This document shows positions 42,501 to 52,700 of a DNA stretch of 64,000 nt, piece after piece. The stretch is taken from NCBI GenBank assembly GCA_951804945.1, contig OX638153.1:64418001-64482000 (forward strand). The letters run 5' to 3'. The notes under the pieces are model-generated. The model saw nothing but the letters and a program-made list of their open reading frames with translations, was not told the origin of the DNA and made no database searches. This DNA comes from Podarcis cretensis. Lineage: Eukaryota. The position numbers and the translations under genes were made by a program. Within the stretch, counting starts at the first letter, position 1. Each line of letters begins with the position of its first letter.

Positions 42501-44126
42501 AGCCTCACTGATGTGGTCCAAAGGAAAGCAGAGGAATAAGTTTGGCACCAGCTTGGCTGCAGGAGTTGCTGGAAGGAGGTGTACAAGGTGCCATCCAACC
42601 GTCTTAGGGACTCCACTTCAGATATGTGTACAGTTTATTCCTTAGCCTTTTCATCTCCCAAATATGTCCTTCAAGGCAACAGGTATAGATTTTTTCTCAG
42701 CGTTTACTCCTGAAGTCATTCTCATGAATGAGTATAGCCGCCAGGCAGTAGGACCAGAGTTTTCTTCTCCTAGATAGGTTACTTTCCCAGTAAATACACA
42801 AGTTAATATTTATATAAGAAAAAGATAGAGTACAAAGATAATGTGCACACACACACTTAAGTATCCTGTTATAAAATGAAACTGTTTCCATTAAGGCAGG
42901 CTGACAGAGTTTTGCTCCAAAGAAATGTCTGTTTCAAAGTCATAACCCAGTGTCCTTTGGTATGGAAATCACTCAGCTGAGGTGATAATCAACTGCTAAA
43001 GGAGCATCCCAAGCCAAGGCCTTCACCCTTTCCTTATCTTAATGGCCCATCAGTATCTTTGAAGTGGTAAACTCGGCAAGTCTCAATTCTTTAATCTTGT
43101 AAGGAACCACCACTTGGAGAATCTTTTAAGAATATTAAGTGGAGCTGAGCTTCAAAGGAAGTAGTCTCAATTCACCTGACCATGAGAGCCTTGTTAACAT
43201 TGGCTGAGGCAAAGAAATTAGAATTTTAAATTCATTCCTAGCCCCTTGAAGTTGATTGGCCCAGTACCCCAGAGGCCACCACCTCTCCTTCACTCCTATT
43301 GCCTTTGAAAAGAGACTGGGATCCCTACAGCAAGGAATCTCATGTTACTTCCAGGGGACTATCTGCCCATTTGAAAACTTGAGTATAATTGCTTAAGGCT
43401 GCGGGGTGGAGGAGGCAAAGGAATGGTGGGCGGCCAACTGATGTAGAAGCAATAAACATAGATCTGATCTCCCTTGGGCGGAAGATCCCGTCGCCTCATA
43501 TAAGAGCAGGCTAAAAATAATAAATAGTTGTGGGTTTTTATTTATTATTTAAGTAACCATAGCTCTGGCTTGTGCTAACATTCAGAGAAGTCTGTGTATA
43601 GAAGTTAGCCTTATGTTTTGATTTCCTCCTTTTTCACTTGTCCATGCTTGTTGATGCTTCCTATCTCTCTGTATGCTATCAATGAATATACAGGGCCTCA
43701 GAGAGGAATTTTATCAGGGGTATAAAGTTTATTTTGGGCTCCTTTCCTTGCCCATCAGTCATCCTGTTTTTATTCACTAAGGATTTATGCCATGAGCTCT
43801 AGCCTGTGAGATCAAAAAGGGCACTGAAGTCAAGAGGGGGTGGAATGGAGTGCTCTGTTAATTTTATGCATTTAAGGCCTTGTACTCTTATGCTCCCTCT
43901 ACGATAAATATAAATAAATATAAATAAAATAGGATCGGAGATAAGAAAGCATTTTTGACTTGAACATCATTGCTTATGCTACCAATACAGATAAGGAGAA
44001 ATAATTCACAACAAAGCATCCTTTTATATTGCAATGCAGATCAGATTGCGTGGCAATTCCCGCCCCCTCCCACAGTTGGAGAAATAAAGACACTGTACAC
44101 AGACTTTGAGGTTAATGGGCGTAAAT

Positions 44127-44149
44127 GGCCACAACTTTATTGATTACAG
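44127..44149 (-). terminator. Poly(A) signal of the YR element
   Basis: AATAAA at 44136-44141 in CTGTAATCAATAAAGTTGTGGCC, followed by GT/T-rich sequence. The same motif is at 13184-13206. Confidence 0.7.
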
Positions 44150-44167
44150 GTAAGAGCGGTATTGGCT

Positions 44168-44429
44168 TTAGGCATTGGCCCTAACAGACTATCCGGTCTA
44201 ACCGGGAAGGGATTAAAACCGCCAGGGGGAGACCCCGAGATGCACATCCGTAGGCGCTCCCCAATGGGTGGCCGCTCGGGGGCGCGCTTTAGGCCCTAGC
44301 CTCCGTAGGTTTCGGACGAGGCGACGCCCCCCGGAGTCCTTTAACGAACTACCCTTCAAGACCTGGGGGAGGTGATGGCGTCCCTCCCCCCAACTTCATT
44401 TGCATAACAATACCCCTGCCAATGCCTAA
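44168..44429 (-). ncRNA. Predicted structured cis-RNA domain in the 3' UTR of the YR element
   Basis: A perfect 12-bp closing stem (44168-44179/44418-44429) encloses several hairpins. The same topology occurs at 13222-13500. Paired by eye only. Confidence 0.62.
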
Positions 44430-44462
44430 CCGCCACACGAGCCAGGCTCGCCCCCAATACCC

Positions 44463-45029
44463 TCAGACCTGTAACCAATCCCTGATCCCCTGAAAAATGT
44501 CAGCCAGCCAAATATCATTACCGGCATCGGAAAGATGCACGCCATCCCTGCGGTAGAGTGTTTCCTTGCTGAATTGGATGCCTGGGTGCTCGCCCACCAA
44601 TTGCAGCCACTCTCCGCGCCACCGAGCGCTCCAAGAGTCTTCTGGCTCTACCCACAGCCACGGGATTAGTGGCGTCCCGCCAGCAGCGCCTTTCCAGCAA
44701 AGATGACCATATAATTGTAAGCTTTGGATATGAGGCCCTAAGCATCTCAAGATCATTGCAAATGTTCCACATCAAGTCAATCCCCTTTCTATAAGCCAGG
44801 TCATTCTCGCCCAATTGGATGACGAGTGCCTCTGGTGGTCCCTACGCTGCGATTTTATTTGATAAAGTTGGGGAGAATTCCTCCCAACGCATTCCCCGAC
44901 GTGCAATCCAAGAAACTAAAACATTGCTCGGGAGCCGGAGATCGCCACCAAAGCCCCTGGCAACCACCCGCATTCTTGCCCAATGGACGATGCTGTGTCC
45001 AAAGATCCAGATTCGTACGACACCAAGAC
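44463..45029 (-). pseudogene. SGNH/GDSL-family hydrolase ORF of the element (one stop, one frameshift)
   Basis: My translation gives RIWIFGHSIVHW (block I Ser), RRGMRW (Gly), IQLGENDL (Asn) and DGVHLS (His). There is an in-frame TAG at 44842-44844 and a frameshift near 44590-44600. There is no ATG; a splice acceptor lies at 45030-45032. Confidence 0.85.
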
Positions 45030-45093
45030 CTGAAATTAAGAGAGAGCAAGAGAACCAGGTCAGGGGGGGCAGATGGGGGCAGGGAAGGAAGCT

Positions 45094-45972
45094 TTAGCGA
45101 GATTTACGGATGTAACCCTTATATGCGTCCGACTTCCACCGCCCCAAGTCCATTATCCTTTCTGCTGGTAAACCCATATGGACTGCGGTGGTGGCTGCCC
45201 CAATGCGGAAGGAGTGAGCCGCGTACTCCCGGGATGGAAGTCCAATGTCTGTGATCGCTTTGCGCATGACCCTGGTGAACTGGTGCTTCGTCAAGCGAGA
45301 ACCATCAGCATGAATGAAAAAAGGGCCGCTCATTTTGGGTCTTACGCAAAGAAACTTTCTGGCGTCCTTGACTGGACACGGGCCAGCCTTCTGGGTGGCT
45401 TGCAGGCAAACCAGAGCCCCTCTGCCGAGCTGGTCGGTCTTTGAACTGCGGATTTTCAGGATTACCACGGAGCTGGAACAAGAAACATCCTCCAATAGAA
45501 GACCCCTGCTATTACTAACCAGCTGGTCGTCACAGACCACCTCGCCTATGCGTAAGGCACCGAAGAATGCGAAGGAAAATGCTGAGGAAAATAACCTGGC
45601 CTCGTATCTAGACCAGCAGATAACCCGGAGCTTTGAACGGATTTGCATAAGTATGTCAAAAGTTATGGGCCTTCTGCTGTCGGAACTAGGGGGCTGCGAT
45701 CTCCGCCAGCCTTCCAGCATTTTCCGCACCACAAAGTGTGCGCAAGGGTCCACTGAAAATAGAGCTTTGGAGAAGAATGATATTGCTGCGGAATGAATAT
45801 TAAGGGTTTTTGGGGCTCGCCCCAGGTCACGGAGGCACACAAGGTATTCAATAACCTCCGACTTGCGTGGGGGTCTGCCCGGTTTAAAGAGCCCTTTCTT
45901 CTGGCGAAACATTGTGAAATCTAACCAGGCCTTGTTATAAGATCTCAGGGTAGAGGGTGCGACTGCGGACAA
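45094..45972 (-). CDS. Tyrosine recombinase of the retrotransposon
   Basis: The catalytic set is intact: GALRIGE (R), SKTDQ (K), HSFRIG (HxxR), GRW and AYKGY (Y). The frame extends upstream into the RNase H end, through a TGA at 45991-45993. Confidence 0.93.
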   Translation of the reverse strand: MSAVAPSTLRSYNKAWLDFTMFRQKKGLFKPGRPPRKSEVIEYLVCLRDLGRAPKTLNIHSAAISFFSKALFSVDPCAHFVVRKMLEGWRRSQPPSSDSRRPITFDILMQIRSKLRVICWSRYEARLFSSAFSFAFFGALRIGEVVCDDQLVSNSRGLLLEDVSCSSSVVILKIRSSKTDQLGRGALVCLQATQKAGPCPVKDARKFLCVRPKMSGPFFIHADGSRLTKHQFTRVMRKAITDIGLPSREYAAHSFRIGAATTAVHMGLPAERIMDLGRWKSDAYKGYIRKSR

Positions 45973-45980
45973 TACTCCCT

Positions 45981-48354
45981 TTATTGCTTCTCATTGCCAA
46001 TATTCCAGAGGTGCTCTGGAAACGGTTGCGGCTGCAGCTGCGCATCCGGCGCCAATGAGCAAAAGCACTCCATCTGGAAACGAGACAGAGCATCCGCAAT
46101 GTTGTTATCGATACCTGGCACAAATCTAGCAGAAGCATATAGGTTTAACCGGAGGCAAGAAAGGACAAAATATCATAAGAGCGACGCTACCCTGGGCGAA
46201 CGAGAAGATTGTTTATTTAGCACGGACACCACTGCCTGGTTGTCTGTCCAAAAGCAAACCCTGCGGTCTTTGAACTGCTCGGCCCAAAGATGGATTGCAA
46301 CCACAATGGGGAAGAATTCTAAGAATGTTAAATCGCGAAGTATGGGTTTTTCCTGCCATGCGGGGGGCCATCGCTGAGCACACCACTGCCCTCTAAAATA
46401 GACACCAAAACCCAGGGAGCCGGCTGCGTCTGAATGCACCTGAAAGTCAGACTGCAGGGCCAAGGTATCTTGCCAGAGAGAGATTCCATTATAGCCATCT
46501 AAAAATTGGAGCCAAATCTGGAGATCCGACTTTACGGCTTTTGAAAGGTGTACCCTGTGATGAGGTGACCTAAGTCCCGTGGACAGTTTCGCCAGTCGAC
46601 CGCAAAAAGGGCGACTGGGGGAAACCACCCGGCACGCGAAGTTAAGGTGACCCAGGAGTGATTGAATTTGTCTCAGGGTGATTTTCCACAACGGCACAAG
46701 CTGAGAAATAAGGTCTTTTAAGGCAACCAGCTTCACAGAGGGCAGACGGGATGTTTGGGCAACTGTGTCCAACTCGATGCCTAGGTAAGTCAATGAAGTG
46801 ACCGGACCCTCCGTCTTTTCATTAGCCAAATGAACGCCCAGCTCCTCGGCCATGGACATGAAAGCCTGGAGCAAAGCCTTGCAGCTATCGGCATTACTTG
46901 CAACCAAAATAAAAAGGTAAAGGTAAAGGTACCCCTGCCCGTACGGGCCAGTCTTGACAGACTCTGGGGTTGTGCGCCCATCTCACTTAAGAGGCCAGGG
47001 GCCAGCGCTGTCCGGAGACACTTCCGGGTCACGTGGCCAGCGTGACATCGCTGCTCTGGCGAGCCAGAGCCGCACACGGAAACGCCGTTTACCTTCCCGC
47101 TGGTAAGCGGTCCCTATTTATCTACTTGCACCCGGAGGTGCTTTCGAACTGCTAGGTTGGCAGGCGCTGGGACCGAGCAGTGGGAGCGCACCCCGCCGCA
47201 GGGATTCGAACCGCCGACCTTTCGATCGGCAAGCCCTAGGCGCTGAGGCTTTAACCCACAGCGCCACCTGCGTCCCTAACCAAAATAAAGTCGTCCAAAT
47301 AATGCCCGACCCCCTCCGAGCCAGTTTTTTCTTTTAGCGCCCATTCGAGGAAGGTACTAAATGTATCGAAGGCGGCGCAAGCGATGGAACACCCCATAGG
47401 CATAGCCTTATCAATGAAGTAAGACCCTTGGAATTTAAAGCCTAGCCAACGATAGTCCTCCGGGTGAACTGGGAGGAGGCGAAATGCTGATTCTATGTCG
47501 CATTTTGCCAGGAAAGCACCCCTAACGAAAGCTCGAACCAACTTTACGGCTTGATCAAAAGAAGCATACTTCACCGTGCACAGTTCTTGGGGAATGGCAT
47601 CATTAACTGAGGCACCTTTAGGGTAAGACAGGTTGTGTATCAACCTGAATTCACCAGGCGCCTTTTTTGGGACAATACCAAGTGGTGAGATATGGAGCTG
47701 ACCAATGGGGGGTGCTGTAAATGGACCAGCTACTCTCCCCGCCAGAATCTCCTTCTGAATCTTTTTCCAGGCAATGTCGGGTCTCTCTAGGACCGACTTC
47801 TGATTGGGGGGGCAGCCGGTATTTGGGGTAAATACCACTGGGATTCTGAAACCTTGGGAAAACCCTTCCCCAAGGAGAAGGGCGGCCTGTCTATTGGGGT
47901 ATTGATCTAACAGGGTTCTTAGGGGTTGAAGCTTAATCGGTGAGCGGGCTAAATCAAGGGACAAGTTAGTAGCGATTCCCAGCTGCCCCTTGGGCGGGTC
48001 CTGAAGCACCAGAGGGGGCACCCCGGTTTCCCTGGTATGGGTGCCCCCTGCCGCCACGAAAGGGCTGTTGTTTTCCCTTATGGCAGTTAACAGCCGAGTG
48101 GTTGCCCGAACACTTGTCGCATTCGTGCAAGTACTTACAAGAAGTGCGCTGGCAGGCCCCTCTATTGAAGTCCCAGCATTGCCTACGGCGTTTTGAGTCA
48201 ATCTTACCAGACTTAGCTTGGTCATGTGATTTCTTTTCGATATTCGGCCCCACATGCTCCATCCAGTAGTTATTGTCTCTCTGATCCCAACGTGTGGAGG
48301 ACTGCAGCGAGGCATTCCTGCGAAAGTCCTCGTCGTACGAGATGGCGGCCTCAT
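45981..48354 (-). pseudogene. Reverse transcriptase / RNase H (pol), disrupted
   Basis: RT motifs ISPLGIVPKK..FRLIHNLS, KCDIESAFRLLP, MPMGC and YLDDF. RNase H motifs HSDAAG, FLEFFP, WTDN and NNIADALSR. Removing the SINE (46914-47277) plus one TSD restores YLDDFILV-ASNADSC in frame. A premature TGA lies at 46173-46175 and the natural TAA at 45981-45983. The frame overlaps the gag 3' end. Confidence 0.92.
46914..47277 (-). mobile_element. Sauria SINE, young and full length, inserted in the RT
   Basis: 5' GGGACGCAGGTGGCGCTGTGGGTTAAA head and (ACCTTT)n tail. 12-bp TSD AACCAAAATAAA at 46902-46913 and 47278-47289. Confidence 0.95.
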
Positions 48355-49468
48355 CCCCTGCTAATTCCTGAGCCCTTCTTACTTGCGCCAGGTAAGATGC
48401 AAGGTGAAAACCACGTTTTGGATAACAACCTGCCACTATACCCATGGATACCTGGTAGCCATTGAGCCAATTCTCAAATGTCCGTTCAGCCCGCGGGGAC
48501 CTATATCTTTTCTTACCATAATACCATTTCTTCTCTCCTTTCCCCTTCATTTGTGCCGGCGGTAGCAGGGTGAACATGTCTACGAAATCCCCGTTCAAGA
48601 TCTTATCCCTCTTTCTCTTAGATAGGTGATTACCCAGAATAAAGTCAGTGGACAAGTGAGTTGAGACTTTAACATCTTCAACTAACGCCCCATCCTTCCA
48701 CTCCAGGGTACCATTAAAGGTTTGCCTGTGGGAATTGGCCCGCCTCTCATGCACCCACAAAGGAACACCAGTCTCTTCACCCTCACCCCAATACGTCTCC
48801 ATGGGAGCATCACTATCGCTCTCTGACGAAGAAGTACCTGTGTCATTGTCTGAGTCAGATGGATCACTTCTCCTGCTCTTCTTGGACACATGTTTCTTCT
48901 TCGCTTTTCGCTTCCCTCCGTTGGTCTTGTTGACTTGCGGTGCTGGGTCATTGTCAGCTGGAGCTGGCTGCTGGGGAGGTATCTCCTCATCTGAGGACGA
49001 CCCTTCCGAAGGACACTGCTGGGCTGGAAAATCCTGGAAAACACTAGGTATACCAATTTGCTGTTGGTTAGAATTAAGGGGGGCCGCCTGCGGTGCACTG
49101 GGTTTATGCCCGGAGGCCTTAGACTTTTGGGCACCGGACCTGGCCTTCCGCGCTGTAGGTTTGGACTTCTGTGCGTGTGCAGTTTGAGACCGAGTCAGAG
49201 GCCGGTTGGGCTGCCCCCTACCTTGATGGGACGTGCCCACTGTTGCTGTGGAGGGTACAGCCTGGCCCTGTTGGCTGGGAGGAGTGTCTGGAATGCAGTC
49301 CTGAGAAACCTCCACTATATTGGGATTCGGGGCAACAGGCGCGCTGCATTGTGCGTAAAAGGTTTGGATCGCTGAGAAAAATTGTGCCAAGGCCTGAGGA
49401 TTGCAGGGAGCAACAGGCATAAGTGTGCCACTCGATTGTGGCAATCGGGGATTGCCCCTGTTCGCCAT
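47966..49468 (-). CDS. Gag-like ORF1 of the YR retrotransposon, 500 aa
   Basis: Uninterrupted ORF with a low-complexity N-half, a basic patch (KRKAKKKHVSKKSRR), an 'ILNGDFVDMFTLL' block and a C-terminal Cys/His finger CWDFNRGACQRTSCKYLHECDKCSGNHSAVNCH, as seen in DIRS/Ngaro Gags. Confidence 0.88.
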   Translation of the reverse strand: MANRGNPRLPQSSGTLMPVAPCNPQALAQFFSAIQTFYAQCSAPVAPNPNIVEVSQDCIPDTPPSQQGQAVPSTATVGTSHQGRGQPNRPLTRSQTAHAQKSKPTARKARSGAQKSKASGHKPSAPQAAPLNSNQQQIGIPSVFQDFPAQQCPSEGSSSDEEIPPQQPAPADNDPAPQVNKTNGGKRKAKKKHVSKKSRRSDPSDSDNDTGTSSSESDSDAPMETYWGEGEETGVPLWVHERRANSHRQTFNGTLEWKDGALVEDVKVSTHLSTDFILGNHLSKRKRDKILNGDFVDMFTLLPPAQMKGKGEKKWYYGKKRYRSPRAERTFENWLNGYQVSMGIVAGCYPKRGFHLASYLAQVRRAQELAGDEAAISYDEDFRRNASLQSSTRWDQRDNNYWMEHVGPNIEKKSHDQAKSGKIDSKRRRQCWDFNRGACQRTSCKYLHECDKCSGNHSAVNCHKGKQQPFRGGRGHPYQGNRGAPSGASGPAQGAAGNRY

Positions 49469-49577
49469 GATGTCAATTGGAGAAAAGTGGGACCGACTGA
49501 GTAAGTATGACTATGAAACCTTGGTAAATCTGACCAATTAGGTTAACTGTGAATGAGTCAGCTCTTTCAGTTTACAA

Positions 49578-49738
49578 NNNNNNNNNNNNNNNNNNNNNNN
49601 NNNNNNNNNNNNNNNNNNNNNNNNNNNNNNNNNNNNNNNNNNNNNNNNNNNNNNNNNNNNNNNNNNNNNNNNNNNNNNNNNNNNNNNNNNNNNNNNNNNN
49701 NNNNNNNNNNNNNNNNNNNNNNNNNNNNNNNNNNNNNN
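49578..49738. other. Assembly gap (N run) in the YR element 5' leader
   Basis: 161 Ns. Confidence 1.
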
Positions 49739-50976
49739 TTATAAGCAACGTGGTATCTGTTTAACAATCAAGGCAAGAGACCGCTCCGAATAGCCCCGAA
49801 ACAATTAAACAATCCAGGAAGCCGACAGGGGAAAAACTTGAAAGAGAGGGGGGCAAGCGGCAAGTGGGTTAAAATGAGTGATTAGCCGGTAGCTTCCACC
49901 ACCACAGAGCACCTTTAAATTAGAACACTCTCTAAATCACTGTTAAATTACCCCTGAGCTAAATTAGAATTAAAATTAATGGTGTTAATGATGGTCGCGG
50001 ACCCTAAATGAAAGGGGCTGCCGCCTATGGAAGGGGGTACCTAAGCGCTGATACCAGGCAGCGAACCTCCAGCCTCCGCTGTTGTGTAAATTAAAACAGT
50101 GAGCAAGAACTGGACACAAGAAAGCCTAGTTCCCACGTGGCTTGCCTCACCCAAAATGGCTGCCGCCGCAAGACCACGTGGTCACCCAAAATGGCTGCCG
50201 AAGGCTGTCTCGTTGTTTAGCAACGCCACACAAAGACGCAGCAGCAGCCCTTAGGCGGTGAAAACCGGGAAAACCCAAAACAAACTGCTCTCACAATACA
50301 ATAAGCCCAAGTACTAAGCGTGCTGAGAAAAACCAAAACCTACTAAAGGGCACTGAGCGTCAAAGATGTGGCAGCAGGGAAAATGCAGGAAAATAACCAC
50401 CCCACAAGCAAGGAACCCGCGTGCTCCAGCGATCAGCGGCTGAACCCCCCAACAGAATCAATCGCAATTAGCCAGATACAACCTGATCCGAAGCGTAGCC
50501 ACGAGGCCAGCGAGAAGGAGGAAAAAGGGGGGGGAGGCTGCGCAGGAAGCGACCAGCTGGCCAGCGGGGTGAACGCGAGGCCAGGTAGCGCTGCCGCCTT
50601 CGGGTGGCTCACTCTGCCGCGGAGGGTTATCAGAAGCAAACGAAGAAAAGCTGGAGCCTGCCCCGATCCGTGGGCGAGGCGGGAAGTCGGCTGCGTAGCT
50701 AGGGGATGGGCTGCGGTCCTGCCAGTCAGCGTCTTGTCCAAAATACTCCGGGGAAATTCAGCGGCGCTGGAAAGAAGACTAGCTCCGCTCAGAAGCAGTA
50801 GCTCGATAAGTCACACGAACAGGAGAAACGATCATGCAAAGCGATCCCGCGAAACGATCCTGCAAAAACGCAATTCAAAAGGGAGAAGCAAGCACGAGGT
50901 AACAGCAAACAAACCCAATACAAATCAAAACGTGAGGGTGAGCCAGCAGCTGCTAAAAACTGCAGCTGCTGAGAGA

Positions 50977-51050
50977 GAAAGAGGGTGAGCCGGGGCTGCC
51001 CTGACCTTAAGAGGAACCCGGTAAGCCCGCCCCCTGCGCCAGCCGATTGG
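50977..51050 (-). promoter_or_regulatory. Putative Pol II promoter of the YR element
   Basis: On the minus strand: CCAAT (51046-51050), GC box GGGGCGGG, TATA-like CTTAAG (~51006-51011), then the pyrimidine initiator-like CCTCTTTC (50977-50984). The CCAAT-to-initiator spacing is mirrored at 13694-13766. Confidence 0.6.
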
Positions 51051-52700
51051 CTAGCACCGAGGGAGATGAATAAACATGAAAAGGGGAATCCCGGTGTCCC
51101 CGCGGGGCTGACGCCGGCCCCGCGAGATTGTAGTTGGGGGCGTGAGTCCCGCAACCCCACCCCCTCTTAAATTCGGTAGTGGCTTTGTCAGAAGACATTA
51201 GTATTAGTATTAGTAAAAAAAAAAAGGAGATAAACTTACTATTTGCTTTTTAAAAAGAGCTTTTCTGGCCTTTTTTTGGAGAGAAAATGAATCATAGCAT
51301 GAAAATTAATTGCTTTGGCAATGTTTGATTCAATACTTAGCCTGGCCAGATCCACAAGATGTTTTTGAGACATGGTGAACTTTAAACAACTCTTAATTAG
51401 CTTAAGGTTTGCAAACTGACCTCTCTCTAGAAACTACCATTGCTGGAATTGTTAATAGTGTTCCTAAACTAACACAAACATTTGGAAACAGGTCACTGAG
51501 CCTGTACTTTGTTAACAAGTTGGCTTTAATTGTGCATTTACAAAATTTGCTTTGTGTACTGGGGGTAAATGTTGCATTTCTTTTCCAAAATTATCACCAT
51601 TAAGGTCAGCAGGATATTTCTTTGATAAAGTTTTTCTCTCCGTATCATTTTTGGACATGGTGAGATTTTTCTACAGTTTTTCTGCCAACTCCTTAACAGC
51701 ATTGAAGCGGACAGATGAATAATTATCCAGTCTTCTATTCACAGTATTAATAAAGTAAAGCACTATGAATTATCTTAGGTGTGTGGGGGATTGGTTGAGC
51801 AGTTTTTCTTCTTTTTTGCTTTTATTATACCTTTACAAATATGATTTGAATCAATGCAAATATTAACTCTCTCCTAATTCTTAGGAGAGTTGTTTGGAAA
51901 AGATAATTTTACCTCATGTAGTAAATTCTTCATCTGTTCATGATGATAATGGTGGAAATGAGCTATTTTCATACAGGAATTTTCTCAGTTCAGCTCTTGT
52001 TTGGTTGTCCCTGTCCCCTTCTCTATATACTGCACGTGTTTGCTATGTATTCTGTATCTTATTTCAGTTCATGTTATGGAGTTTTCTTCAAGTTTATCTT
52101 GTTTTTAACGGGTGTGTGTGGCTGTACAGCAAACTCTTGATTTGACTTTGATATCCCTGTATTTCAAAAATGTATATTCCACTTTTCGAGATAAACCATT
52201 CCCAAGGTGGCTCACAGTATAACGACAACACTAATAGCAGAATTACCTGATGTTTCTGACAAAGTGAATCCTCCAAATCTTATGCCATAATACATCTGTT
52301 AGTCTTTAAGATGCTACAAAGCTCCGTTGTTTTTACTACAACAGCCTAGCATAGCTTCGATTTGGAGCTGTGAGGGGAAAAAGAGAAGAACCATGACACA
52401 CGGATCTCAAAGGCAGGAGACATGCAAGGCTACAGAATGGGGATGCAGCAAGCTCCTCAGATCTGGCTGTTTTTGTGATGTATGAGCAAAACATAAAGGA
52501 CACTCCTCTGAATGATTTTCTCCCCTTGAAGGAGAAATCTCTTCTCTTGCCTGATTAAATGCTTGTGGAGTTCCTTTTGGCAACTGCAGGGTCCAGCTCT
52601 TCTCCTGATCCTGTCACCCTGCTCTTGGGAGCCATTCGTATTCAGATTATTCAAGTTGGTCACCATTTTCTGTTCCTCATTTGTATTTCAGTGCCCTAAC

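Larger units (their letters stand above)
44046..51187 (-). mobile_element. Ngaro/DIRS-class tyrosine-recombinase retrotransposon (gag, RT/RNase H, YR, SGNH hydrolase); near full length but disabled
   Basis: The ORF order gag>RT/RH>YR>SGNH lies on the minus strand in a CpG-rich block. The same 5-mer TCAGA flanks it at 44041-44045 and 51188-51192. End-to-motif distances match the related element at 13103-13896. An assembly gap lies at 49578-49738. Confidence 0.93.

Noticed and set aside
44333-44358. GAAGGG and UUAA motifs suggesting a twister or hammerhead ribozyme
   Set aside because: There is no UAA cleavage motif in twister geometry and no CUGAUGA...GAAA core. It is kept only as an unclassified structure.
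45314-45796. 160-aa plus-strand ORF (also 48735-49187)
   Set aside because: These are antisense shadows of the YR and gag coding sequences.
45094-48354. Bacterial integrase plus RT (retron or prophage contamination)
   Set aside because: The Gag finger, DIRS-type RT/RH, poly(A) signal and nested lizard SINE show a eukaryotic YR retrotransposon.
50368-50988. 206-aa plus-strand ORF
   Set aside because: It is antisense to the retroelement leader, starts at GTG, lies in GC-rich stop-poor sequence and has no recognisable domain.
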